The position numbers were made by a program, and so were the translations under genes. The notes under the pieces are model-generated. The model searched no databases, was not told where the DNA came from, and worked only from the letters and a program-made list of their open reading frames with translations. From Candidatus Nanoarchaeia archaeon (GTDB taxonomy: Archaea > Nanobdellota > Nanobdellia > Woesearchaeales > SM23-78), in contig JBGOZE010000001.1 in NCBI GenBank assembly GCA_041479965.1, positions 1 through 58,900 on the forward strand: a stretch of DNA of 58,900 nt. Reading direction: 5' to 3'. Positions 1 through 8,818 of this stretch are shown in pieces (positions within the stretch are counted from its first letter, which is position 1; every line of letters starts with the position of its first letter).

Positions 1-1164
1 CACTCCTTCTCCTGTCTGGGGGTTCAGCCTCACATAATTATTAGGAGTGCAGCGAAGCCTCTGCAAGTCTCCTGAGACCCTTACATCCCCTATATAGACG
101 ATATTCAGGTTCTCATTGGTTACTCTGGCAGGGAAATAGGGGCTGCACATCTCGAGCATCCCTGGGTCATAAACCTGGCCTCCTCCAACATTCTTTATGT
201 GAATTTCAAATGTGGCCTGGCGAGGGCTATTCTCTTGATAGATATATGTCACAGCAACAGGAGCTCCTTGGCCCGCAGTTCCTGTGTAAGTCCTTGGAAT
301 GCAGACCTTTCGGTCCTCAGAATAGGGGGAAGGGTCAATGCACACCACAGGCGCAGCATATGTCGCGTAAAGGAAGCAATTGGTGATTAGGAAGCTCTGA
401 TAGGTATAGTCGAGGCCAGCAGGCCAGGTCACAATAGTACCATCAAAATTGATATAGTTCACTTCTCCGTTAGGATACTCGTAGGTGTCTCCTTCAAGAA
501 GATATTCTGTGCCAAAGTTCCTTGTGAAATCCAGGGCTGAAAACATAGATATTAAGAGCCTGCCGTGATTGGCATATTCAATGTCAATGCCCGGATTGTC
601 AAAACCGAAGCTCCATTGGTTCTGGTCTCCCAATCGCTCATAGTTGATGTCAACTCCTCCTATGAGCTGCCCCATCTCAAACCTGCCCCCGAGATTATTC
701 ACTCCTATATCAATGATTGAAAGGTCAGAGGAAGCTCCGACAAAATAATTGTCACAGCGCAGCGTGCCTCCGAACTGGCCAAAGCCAATGTTACCTATAT
801 CGATCTGGCATGCCCTGCCTGTACTCCGGATAGGATTAACTCCTTGGAACTGGATCATTGTAGGGTCATAGCCAGAGATGAATAAAGCTCCTCTGGCCCA
901 TGAAGAGCCTATGTTAGCCATCTCTACTTGCACATCAAAGGTGTTATCGTACTGGTCGCCGTAATAAAACATCTTGTAAGGAGGCACTCCAGGAACAAAA
1001 GCCATCTCAACTCCTTGGACTCCTTGATAGTAGATGTTGTTTTCCCAATCCAAATAACTATTGTTCCTTCCAGGAATCCTGCTGCAAGCTGAAAGCAGCA
1101 CAAGAACAAGGGATAATGATATGACTGCTAAGACTAAACCTCTTTTTTTCTTATTGACACTCAT
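1..1164 (-). CDS. Secreted lipobox protein, truncated by the left window edge (paralog of the 1257..2828 product)
   Basis: Absent from the ORF track because there is no stop in the window. ATG at 1164..1162 and the frame stays open to base 1 (388 codons, my own translation). The N-terminus MSVNKKKRGLVLAVISLSLVLVLLSAC has a basic n-region, a hydrophobic core and an L-S-A-C lipobox. It shares Y.G..G.EM.F...PP and GQGAPVA...I.N.G.G.V blocks with the neighbouring gene. Confidence 0.75.
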   Translation of the reverse strand, partial: MSVNKKKRGLVLAVISLSLVLVLLSACSRIPGRNNSYLDWENNIYYQGVQGVEMAFVPGVPPYKMFYYGDQYDNTFDVQVEMANIGSSWARGALFISGYDPTMIQFQGVNPIRSTGRACQIDIGNIGFGQFGGTLRCDNYFVGASSDLSIIDIGVNNLGGRFEMGQLIGGVDINYERLGDQNQWSFGFDNPGIDIEYANHGRLLISMFSALDFTRNFGTEYLLEGDTYEYPNGEVNYINFDGTIVTWPAGLDYTYQSFLITNCFLYATYAAPVVCIDPSPYSEDRKVCIPRTYTGTAGQGAPVAVTYIYQENSPRQATFEIHIKNVGGGQVYDPGMLEMCSPYFPARVTNENLNIVYIGDVRVSGDLQRLRCTPNNYVRLNPQTGEGV

Positions 1165-1256
1165 CTTCAGCTTCTCCTTGCAATTCTCCTTGATAAAGGA
1201 GTATATAAAGCTTTTCCTAAAATCGACTCATGTTAATTTAATTAAAATTAATTAAT

Positions 1257-2828
1257 TTAACCATTAGTTGCTGTGGTTGTGCAGGCACTGGTGCAGCTTG
1301 CAGCGTCAGCATAATTCTCAGCTAACAATGGGCAACATATCCTTCCTGACGCAGCTAGCTTGAAGCTAGCAGGGTCTGTGCCTGTTCCGCAAGCACAATC
1401 CCTGGTTGTGGCTATGCACTTGGAAGCAGAACTGGAAGAAGAACATTTAGGATAGCATTTACCATTGATCCTTACCGGAGCTGATGAGGTGCAGGCTGGC
1501 ATGCAGCAGTAGCTTGATCCAGGGCAGAAATTGCTGGTTGGAACACACAGCCCATCAGGGTAAAGGCCAATGCACTCTTGATAGCTACACTGGCAGGCAA
1601 AGCCTGCCTGAAGAGTGATTCTCAGATCCGGGTGAGAGGAATCTCTAGGCACCGCGCATCTGCCATCACTAGGGTCATATCTGGCGCAGTAATCACATTT
1701 AGCAATGCACCTAGTGACTCCATCAACAGGAGCCTCAATCTCATATGGCTGGCACGCAGAGCCTGTGGTTGTGGTGCTGCCCCCATATGGGTTCAATCTC
1801 TTGACTTTGATAGTCTTGGATGCAGAAGTTAGGTAGACATATGAGAGATTAATTGAAAGGAGAGCTGGATAATTCTGGTTGCCCAGTATCAGGTCCTCAT
1901 CTTTCACCATGCACCTGACAAAGCCTTCTCCATTGAACAATCTGACTGGCTGAGGAGTGCATTGCAATTCTTTTGTGCCAGAGAGAGCTGCTCTCACTCC
2001 AATGGTGTTGAAATCTTCCCTGTTAAGCTCCTGAAAAGCGCATGTTCGATCTAGATTAGGAGCATTAAGATAATTGGTGAGCACTGTTCCCGAACCTAAG
2101 TTCTGGATGTGAAGTGTAAACACAGGTCTAACCCTATTGCCAACAGGTTGGTTCTCAGTAGCTATGCCAACAATAGCTACAGGAGCTCCTTGGCCTCCTG
2201 AGAGAGAGAGGTCTTTTTGGGCGCATACCTGTTTTCTTAGGTTCTCTCCAAAAAGGTTGAAATCAACGCAAACAAGACCTGAAAATGAGGTCTGATAGGG
2301 ATAGCAAAGAGAGGCGAAGAGCTGAGTGTCCGGCTGCTCTCTCTGCCCCATGATGCTCTTAGTCTTGAAATTTGGGAAAGTGTAGAAAGTCTCATAGCCT
2401 GTAGGATAATAAATAGATTTGCCAGGCAACTGGATGCCTTTGAAATTAAAGCCATTCTTGGTGACAGAGATGGAGGTAGTGTTGGTAATCTCAATCAATT
2501 CAATATAGAAAGGGTCAAAGCTCAAGGATAAAATTCCGTGGCTGTCATCCATGACATTAACTGCGCCCCCGTTCTCTACCATTATCCCTGCACTGAAAGA
2601 GGAACCTTCATATATATCAGAAGGCGGAGCTTGGTCTAGGAATTTCATCTCCAGTCCTTTGGTGCCTACATAAAAATTAGGAGCATCAGGCGGATTGGTG
2701 ATGACGCAAGCTGAAATAAATATAGCTAATAATATCATCAGCAAGCATACAACTATTTGCAGAAGATTATTGCTTTTATCGAGATTAACCATTTTATTCC
2801 CTGACATTAATTGAGACGCTCTTTTCAA
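1257..2828 (-). CDS. Secreted lipobox protein with a Cys-rich C-terminal module (hypothetical)
   Basis: 523-aa ORF. N-terminal hydrophobic helix LLQIVVCLLMILLAIFISAC ends in an I-S-A-C lipobox. The last ~170 aa contain ~22 Cys by my manual count. An alternative ATG at 2792 (MVNLDK...) would remove the 35-nt overlap with the upstream gene. Colinear similarity to the partial gene at 1..1164. Confidence 0.7.
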   Translation of the reverse strand: MKRASQLMSGNKMVNLDKSNNLLQIVVCLLMILLAIFISACVITNPPDAPNFYVGTKGLEMKFLDQAPPSDIYEGSSFSAGIMVENGGAVNVMDDSHGILSLSFDPFYIELIEITNTTSISVTKNGFNFKGIQLPGKSIYYPTGYETFYTFPNFKTKSIMGQREQPDTQLFASLCYPYQTSFSGLVCVDFNLFGENLRKQVCAQKDLSLSGGQGAPVAIVGIATENQPVGNRVRPVFTLHIQNLGSGTVLTNYLNAPNLDRTCAFQELNREDFNTIGVRAALSGTKELQCTPQPVRLFNGEGFVRCMVKDEDLILGNQNYPALLSINLSYVYLTSASKTIKVKRLNPYGGSTTTTGSACQPYEIEAPVDGVTRCIAKCDYCARYDPSDGRCAVPRDSSHPDLRITLQAGFACQCSYQECIGLYPDGLCVPTSNFCPGSSYCCMPACTSSAPVRINGKCYPKCSSSSSASKCIATTRDCACGTGTDPASFKLAASGRICCPLLAENYADAASCTSACTTTATNG

Positions 2829-4284
2829 GCTTGTACTTGTACCTTACCATGCCTACAAAAGTCCTCTGGGCCTTCTGAGCTCCTGCGAGGAGTGTTCTTG
2901 GATCCTTGACATGGAGCCTGCATTCGACAGTATCAAAGTTAAGTCTCAAGTCTCCTAGCTTTTCCACATCAAAAGTATAGTTGGTATAGCCATCTCCAAC
3001 GCTTTTCTCTGGCTCGCCTCTGTTACATTTGACAAGGTCAAAATCATCAGGCACCATTATCATGAACAACAACGGCCTGTCAATCTTGCCTTCTGACCAA
3101 GAGTTCTGAATAGTCACCCCTAAGGGAGGCTCTCGCGTATTTCCTATGAGATCAATGCTGAAAGGCTGCTCAATATTAGGTGACATGCCAAGCATGACAG
3201 GACCAGGAGTATATATTGACTTGGGCTTGACAGGAATATTCAGTTTGCTATTGATGTTCTGTCCTGCCATCTCCATAGATCTCCTGACATCCATGTCCAC
3301 AAAGACATATTCCACATAGGCCCAGGTGTCAAAAGTGAATCCCCCGCCCACTTTAACAGAATAAGAGCCTTTGCTCAGGTTATCAAACTTACAATAGAAT
3401 ATGTCAGTCTCTGAACCAAAAATAGAAATCAATTGAGGGGTTGGCTCCCCTCTCGTCTTCTCATCGACATAGCAAGTCGGAGTGAAGATTATCTCTTTAG
3501 TAAAGCTTTTTCCTTGGATATCTGCGCGCACCTCAGCTGGTTGTCCCACGAAATTATACTGGTCAGCCTTCACATTCCTGAGATACAATCCAACAGGCGG
3601 CTTATCGTTGGTACCGTCAATCATCGAAGTGTAGTAAGGGATGCCTGTCATGTTCTCAAGACGACCAATACCAACATCTACTCCCTGAACTATTCTTTGC
3701 CAGATACCTACTGTCTTTTCAGTCAGGTAATTGAAGACTTCTCCTGCCTGCAAAAGCTCAGGCCTGCCCCCAATGTTGGTGAAAAATGATGGGTTCAGCT
3801 GAGTGCCCCAGAGGAAGATGAAGAAGAACAGGAGGAAGACAATCCAGAAGTTCACGTAATGATGGACGAAAGGAATCTCTGCCTTGATGCCAATATAGAT
3901 AGGCCAGACTGGGATGATAGCTAAAAAGAAGCTCACCCAACCTGCGAGTGTTGTTCCGCCAAAAACAGAGATGTTGGGCACAAGATAAAGGAAGAATGGG
4001 ACTGCAATGTAAAAAACAGATATGAGGACGAACTTGAAAATATCAAATGGCTGGACAAATCCTCCCTCTCCCTTGAAAAACAGGAAAGCAAGTGCCGCCA
4101 ATGTCAGATACATGACCACTGCTATTAAAAGGAAAGTTGTCCTGTCAAATCTTAAAAGAAAAACATCCACGAGTTGGACAGCTATGGACAGCAAGAATAA
4201 GAAGCGAAGATTATGAGGTGCTTCCCCAAAGGTATGCTCTTTTGCCTTGGTGACCAAGCTGCTCTCAGAAATGGATGGTGCCAT
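2794..4284 (-). CDS. Polytopic membrane protein with a large C-terminal ectodomain (hypothetical)
   Basis: 496-aa ORF. About 5 hydrophobic helices lie in the first ~190 aa (LRFLFLLSIAVQLVDVFLL, FLLIAVVMYLTLAALAFLFF, FVLISVFYIAVPFFLYLV, LAGWVSFFLAIIPVWPIYIGI, VNFWIVFLLFFFIFLWG). A ~300-aa beta-rich soluble region follows. No known family motif recognised. Confidence 0.7.
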   Translation of the reverse strand: MAPSISESSLVTKAKEHTFGEAPHNLRFLFLLSIAVQLVDVFLLRFDRTTFLLIAVVMYLTLAALAFLFFKGEGGFVQPFDIFKFVLISVFYIAVPFFLYLVPNISVFGGTTLAGWVSFFLAIIPVWPIYIGIKAEIPFVHHYVNFWIVFLLFFFIFLWGTQLNPSFFTNIGGRPELLQAGEVFNYLTEKTVGIWQRIVQGVDVGIGRLENMTGIPYYTSMIDGTNDKPPVGLYLRNVKADQYNFVGQPAEVRADIQGKSFTKEIIFTPTCYVDEKTRGEPTPQLISIFGSETDIFYCKFDNLSKGSYSVKVGGGFTFDTWAYVEYVFVDMDVRRSMEMAGQNINSKLNIPVKPKSIYTPGPVMLGMSPNIEQPFSIDLIGNTREPPLGVTIQNSWSEGKIDRPLLFMIMVPDDFDLVKCNRGEPEKSVGDGYTNYTFDVEKLGDLRLNFDTVECRLHVKDPRTLLAGAQKAQRTFVGMVRYKYKLEKSVSINVRE

Positions 4285-4427
4285 GGTTTCACGTATTTTT
4301 CAGCTCAACATACTATATATCTTCATAGTTTTGGCTCAAGCAAGTATTATCAAGTTCCTATCCGGTTTCTGTCCTTTTCCCTCTTTTTTGGATAGAGAAT
4401 GCCCCACTTGCCCAAATGCTTTAGTCA

Positions 4428-5618
4428 TCAAATAACATCTACTCGAAGCTCAGCCACGTCAATGGGGTCTGATTGAGGAGTCACTTTTATTGGGTTGGAG
4501 CCGATAGTGACAGACTCGGGGTCAATCTCGACCTGATAAAATAAATCGCGCGTGTCGAAGTAAGTCTTAAACCCGTTGATTTCAACAGTACCTCTCTTTT
4601 GGCTGCTGGCATCAGCAAATCTTAATGAAAGCAAAAGCCCTCTCTGGCCACTGTAAATCGCGCCATAGAGCTGAGCAGGCATAGTGAAATAAAAGACAGG
4701 TAAGGCTGTCTCTTTGAGCTTGACCACTAGCTTTGGCATGTCTATAAGGAAAGAGCCTGTGTTGGTAGTAGCAATTAAAGCATTATCTCCTAACTTAAGG
4801 AATTCGGGGCTGACCTCGATCTTGGTCTTGATGCCGCAGTCAGGGTAGCTGGTGAATATCGCCCTGTTATTTATCAGTATCTGCACCAATCCTTCTTCTT
4901 TAGGAGGGCAATCAGGCAGGAATTCAAATGTGCTTGACTCGAAATTCTCATACTCTCTCTGTGTAATGGAGAAGTGTTGTTCTGAGAAAGCTCCTGAATA
5001 ATCAGTCACTTTGGCTGATACAAGAAGGTTCTCGAGCACGTATTCGTTCACGCGCCAGAAAGCTGCTCCTGTGTCTGAAACAGAGAACACGAGACTGTTC
5101 TTCTGCTTAAGGAAATCTGCCGGAAGGCTTATGGGCGGGGGACTAGCATCTGTTATCTCGCCTTCATACAGCTCGTATTCGTTCAGCATGATGATGAGCC
5201 TGCCAGAATATTTCTTGACATTGAAAGACAGTTTCACATCCCCCATCGTCTTAGAGTCAAAGAAGAATATCACTTCTTCTGTCTTGCCGCCAAAAGCAGA
5301 GTTCTTCACGTAAAGAGAAGGAACTCTTTTCAGCTCATCAGCATTGGTGACTGTGAATACCATGAAAGAAGGCATGGTGTGCTCGACAGTATTGGAAGTG
5401 AAAGGGTAAATCCTTCCTGGGTTGACAGAAAACAGCACACTCCGAGATGTGGTTGTCCCGCTGCTTCCTCCAGTGCCCGAGGCGTCCTCTCCCAGCAAAG
5501 CAGCTCTTTCCTCTGGAGAGAGGAAAAGAATGTAAAAGACTATGAGCACTGCAATCAAGATGACCACAATGCCAGCCTGAGTAGCTGCTTGGCCCAGCTT
5601 AGATTTCCATCTAATCAT
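4428..5618 (-). CDS. Signal-anchored extracellular protein (hypothetical)
   Basis: 396-aa ORF. N-terminus MIRWKSKLGQAATQAGIVVILIAVLIVFYILFL forms a single TM, followed by a Gly/Ser/Thr linker and a ~340-aa domain. GGGGGT sits immediately upstream of the ATG. First gene of the minus-strand cluster. Confidence 0.7.
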   Translation of the reverse strand: MIRWKSKLGQAATQAGIVVILIAVLIVFYILFLSPEERAALLGEDASGTGGSSGTTTSRSVLFSVNPGRIYPFTSNTVEHTMPSFMVFTVTNADELKRVPSLYVKNSAFGGKTEEVIFFFDSKTMGDVKLSFNVKKYSGRLIIMLNEYELYEGEITDASPPPISLPADFLKQKNSLVFSVSDTGAAFWRVNEYVLENLLVSAKVTDYSGAFSEQHFSITQREYENFESSTFEFLPDCPPKEEGLVQILINNRAIFTSYPDCGIKTKIEVSPEFLKLGDNALIATTNTGSFLIDMPKLVVKLKETALPVFYFTMPAQLYGAIYSGQRGLLLSLRFADASSQKRGTVEINGFKTYFDTRDLFYQVEIDPESVTIGSNPIKVTPQSDPIDVAELRVDVI

Positions 5619-5768
5619 ACCCCCTTCTTAATAATCGACATATATAAATTTATTGGTTTTAATAACGAGAGTCAGAGAGAAGAGAATGTTAAAATTAGGG
5701 AAAAATCTCAAAACCATGAAAAACAACGAAAAATATTATATACTAACAAAAAATATCCTGGTGATAAG

Positions 5769-6818
5769 ATGCAAATAATCAAGAAGAACCTGAAACAGGG
5801 AGAAGTCACGGTCAAGGTCAATAATTCAGAGGACCTGTGGTTTCTCAATCAAGTAATTGAACCTAACGACCTTGTTAAAGGCAAGACTGAGAGGAAAATC
5901 AAGATCGGCAAAGAAGATGAAAGAAAGCAAAGCGTCGTCAGGAAGACTGTTTTCCTGGAAATATTAGTTGAGAAAAAAGAATTCCATAAATATTCAGACA
6001 ACCTGAGGATAGGCGGAGTGATAACCCAAGGACCAGAAGATGTTCCAAAGGGCAGCCACCACACCTTTGACATCGCAGCAGGAGACATCATCACTGTCAA
6101 GAAAGAGGAGTGGCTCAACTATCAGCTTGAGAAGCTGAAAGAGGCGAGCGAAACCATAAATACCAAAATAATTATGCTCATCTTCGATAGAGAAGAAGCG
6201 ACCTTTGCCATGCTCAAAAACCAGGGCTGTGAAATCCTGGCCAAAATCAAAGGAGAAGTGACAAAAAAAGCCATAGATGGCGCCGGAAAGGATTTTTACA
6301 AAGAGATAATTGAGAAACTCAGGGAATATGATAAAAGGTTTGAGCCCCCGAACATTGTTGTTGCGAGCCCTAGCTTTTGGAAAGAATACCTGATGAAAGA
6401 GATGCCCTTGGATCTCAAGGAAAAGATAACCTTGGCCACGTGCTCTGATGTTGAGGAGACTGCGATCAAAGAAGTTATGCAGAGACCTGAGCTGCTCAAG
6501 GTTTTGGAGCATGACAGAGCTGCCAAGGAACTCTGCATGATTGAGGCTGTGCTCAAAGCCATTTCCAAGGACGAAGCCTGCTATGGCTTCAAGGAATGCA
6601 AGGAAAAAATAGAGATTGGGGCAGTGAAAGAGCTTTTTGTTAGCTATGCATTCCTCAACAAGTCAAGAGAAGAGGGAAAACAAGCGCAGTCAGAAGAAGT
6701 GATGAAGCTGGCAGAGAAGACAGGCAGCCAAGTACACATCCTAAGCACAGAGGAAGCTAACCAGAAGCTTATGGGCCTAGGAGGAATGGCAGGGATTCTA
6801 AGATGGAAGATGCAATAG
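5769..6818 (+). CDS. pelA: Pelota (aPelota/Dom34), ribosome rescue and mRNA surveillance factor
   Basis: MQIIKKNLKQGEVTVKVNNSEDLWFLNQVIEPNDLVKGKTERKIK is a typical pelota N-terminus, and the C-terminal region is eRF1-like. GGTGAT Shine-Dalgarno precedes the ATG at 5769. The longer track ORF from 5379 overlaps the divergent gene and is rejected. Confidence 0.9.
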   Translation: MQIIKKNLKQGEVTVKVNNSEDLWFLNQVIEPNDLVKGKTERKIKIGKEDERKQSVVRKTVFLEILVEKKEFHKYSDNLRIGGVITQGPEDVPKGSHHTFDIAAGDIITVKKEEWLNYQLEKLKEASETINTKIIMLIFDREEATFAMLKNQGCEILAKIKGEVTKKAIDGAGKDFYKEIIEKLREYDKRFEPPNIVVASPSFWKEYLMKEMPLDLKEKITLATCSDVEETAIKEVMQRPELLKVLEHDRAAKELCMIEAVLKAISKDEACYGFKECKEKIEIGAVKELFVSYAFLNKSREEGKQAQSEEVMKLAEKTGSQVHILSTEEANQKLMGLGGMAGILRWKMQ

Positions 6819-7702
6819 GCGCAGAGAGCCAAAGCAAGACAAACGTTCTAATCAAGAATATTGTAAAAGACATCATTGCAAAAAAAGAGCTCCAGAACCT
6901 GGATGAAGCATTTGTAAGCCCGAAAGTCAAAGCATTCCTAGATGAACATAAGAAGACCAAAGACAAGCTCGAGAGAGTCAGGTATTCTGAGTTCCAGCGC
7001 TCCAAAGAGCATGAAGAGCTGGTGAAAAAAATACGAGCCAATCTCAGGGAAGTCTATGGCGTCTTCATAATGGAGGATTACAAGAAAAGGTTTGAGCTAC
7101 TGGAAGAGCTGAAGAAGAACCCTTCTTTGGAGAACCACAACAAGATTCTTGCATTGCACAAGTCAAGCCAGGAGAGGCTACCCTATTATCCTATCATATA
7201 CAAGAAAATATTTGAAATCACAGGCAAGCCAGAAAGGATAGTTGACCTTGCCTGCGGCTTGAACCCCTTCAGCTATCCATATATTGAAAATCTTGATTGT
7301 AAACCAGAATATCTTGCCTGCGACTTGGCAGAGAAAGACCTCAAATTCATTGAAAGATATTTCAAGATCAGGGCCATCCCAGGTGCTGTAAAGAAGATTG
7401 ATTTGGTGAACGATGACATTAATGAGCTGACCAAAAGCCAAGGCAAAGGCATCGAGATAGTATTCTTGCTAAAAACACTGGACTCTTTGGAAGCTGTCCA
7501 ATGGAACAAGAGCGCTGCGGTGCTGAAGAGCATAAAGGCAAAGTTCATTGTTGTCTCTTTCTCAACCAAGAGCCTGGGAGGCAAGAAAGCCATAAAAAAA
7601 GAGAAAAGGAGTTGGTTTGAGGGGCTGGTAAAGAAGCTCAAATACAGATTGAAAATCTTTGAGGTCCCTGGCGAAATGTTCTATGTTATAACAGCCAGAT
7701 AA
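6803..7702 (+). CDS. ArmA/Rmt (FmrO) family 16S rRNA (guanine-N7) methyltransferase-like protein
   Basis: Colinear blocks match ArmA/RmtB as I remember them: LHKSSQERL (vs HSSTNERV), IVDLACGLNPFSY (vs ILDFGCGFNPLAL), YLACDL, IVFLLKTLDSLE (vs VVFLLKMLPVLK), IVVSFSTKSLGGK...SWFEGL (vs VISFPIKSLSGK...LWFESF), EMFYVI. The start overlaps the pelota stop by 16 nt. Confidence 0.7.
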   Translation: MEDAIGAESQSKTNVLIKNIVKDIIAKKELQNLDEAFVSPKVKAFLDEHKKTKDKLERVRYSEFQRSKEHEELVKKIRANLREVYGVFIMEDYKKRFELLEELKKNPSLENHNKILALHKSSQERLPYYPIIYKKIFEITGKPERIVDLACGLNPFSYPYIENLDCKPEYLACDLAEKDLKFIERYFKIRAIPGAVKKIDLVNDDINELTKSQGKGIEIVFLLKTLDSLEAVQWNKSAAVLKSIKAKFIVVSFSTKSLGGKKAIKKEKRSWFEGLVKKLKYRLKIFEVPGEMFYVITAR

Positions 7703-7883
7703 TCTCCAAAATAGACAATAAATATACGGATTATCACACTCTCATCATGCCCATTCATACCTCTTCAGTGGCTTTAGTTTTGAAACTATTGGCTAAGTGT
7801 AAAAAATAGTAACATATAAATAGTAGTTATGGGTTTTTGGTATTAAAAAGGGGTGATCAGTCCTACTTTTAGGAGGTAGAAAT

Positions 7884-8696
7884 ATGATCGTGAAAGAAGA
7901 GTTTCTGAGCAAGCTAAGAAGATACTTTGGACTTAACCTTTACGAGGTTAAGATATGGACCGCTCTTCTCTCCAGAGGGGTGAGTACCGCAGGAGAATTA
8001 AGCGACATAGCCAATGTACCCAGGAGCAGGAGCTATGATATTCTAGAAAGCCTAGAGAAGAAAGGCTTTGTTGTGATGAAGCTCGGCAAGCCGATAAAGT
8101 ACATTGCAGTCCAACCAACTGAAGTGGTTGAGCGAGTAAAGAAGAACATGAAGCAAGAGGCAGACGACAGGGTTCAGAGATTGGAAGAGCTGAAAAAGAC
8201 AGATGTCATCCAAGAGCTCAATTCCCTGCACACACAAGGCGTTGAGCTGGTAGAGCCTTCAGACTTGTCAGGCTCATTGAAAGGCAGGCACAACCTGTAC
8301 AACCACCTTGAGCTTACCATAAGGAATGCTGAGAAGACAGTAACCATCATGACTACATCTGCTGGTCTGTTGAGAAAAATCGAGGGCCTGAAACCTGTTT
8401 TCGAGCAGGTTAAGAAGAGAGGAGTGAAGATAAGGATTGCTGCTCCCATCAACAGCAAAGAGGCAGAGAAGATCGTAAAGGATATGGCAGGCATAGCAGA
8501 GATAAGACATACTGACTCAAAGGCCAGGTTCACCATTGTCGATGGCAAGGAGCTAATCTTCATGGTGATGGATGATGCGGAAGTCCATCCAACCTACGAT
8601 ATAGGCATCTGGATAAACACGCCCTTCTTTGCAAAAGCCTTGGAAGACATGTTCGAGCTCGCATGGAAGGACATGAAAAAGAAAGTCAAGGTATAG
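7884..8696 (+). CDS. TrmB family transcriptional regulator
   Basis: N-terminal wHTH YEVKIWTALLSRGVSTAGELSDIANVPRSRSYDILESLEKKGFV is characteristic of TrmB. GGAGGT SD lies 6 nt upstream. Full-length paralog at 38830..39615. Confidence 0.85.
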   Translation: MIVKEEFLSKLRRYFGLNLYEVKIWTALLSRGVSTAGELSDIANVPRSRSYDILESLEKKGFVVMKLGKPIKYIAVQPTEVVERVKKNMKQEADDRVQRLEELKKTDVIQELNSLHTQGVELVEPSDLSGSLKGRHNLYNHLELTIRNAEKTVTIMTTSAGLLRKIEGLKPVFEQVKKRGVKIRIAAPINSKEAEKIVKDMAGIAEIRHTDSKARFTIVDGKELIFMVMDDAEVHPTYDIGIWINTPFFAKALEDMFELAWKDMKKKVKV

Positions 8697-8818
8697 AGAC
8701 AAAATCTTAAATTTTTTATTTTTCTTCCTTATTTCTTTTTCATCCACCAATTTCCAATACTTTTATATATCTTTACGAAATAACAGATACTAACAATTAA
8801 GAAGATAAGGGTGAAGAT

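Noticed and set aside
4428-5618. Class III (type IV pilin-like) signal peptide in the 396-aa protein (KLGQAATQAGIVVIL...)
   Set aside because: The residue at -2 relative to the putative G/Q cleavage site is Leu rather than the charged residue expected for PibD/FlaK substrates. I treat it as a plain signal anchor until it is tested with FlaFind-type tools.
5379-5768. N-terminal 130 codons of the 479-aa track ORF that contains pelota
   Set aside because: This part overlaps the divergently transcribed gene at 4428..5618 and its promoter region, and it has no pelota similarity. The pelota N-terminus starts cleanly at the ATG at 5769, behind a GGTGAT SD.
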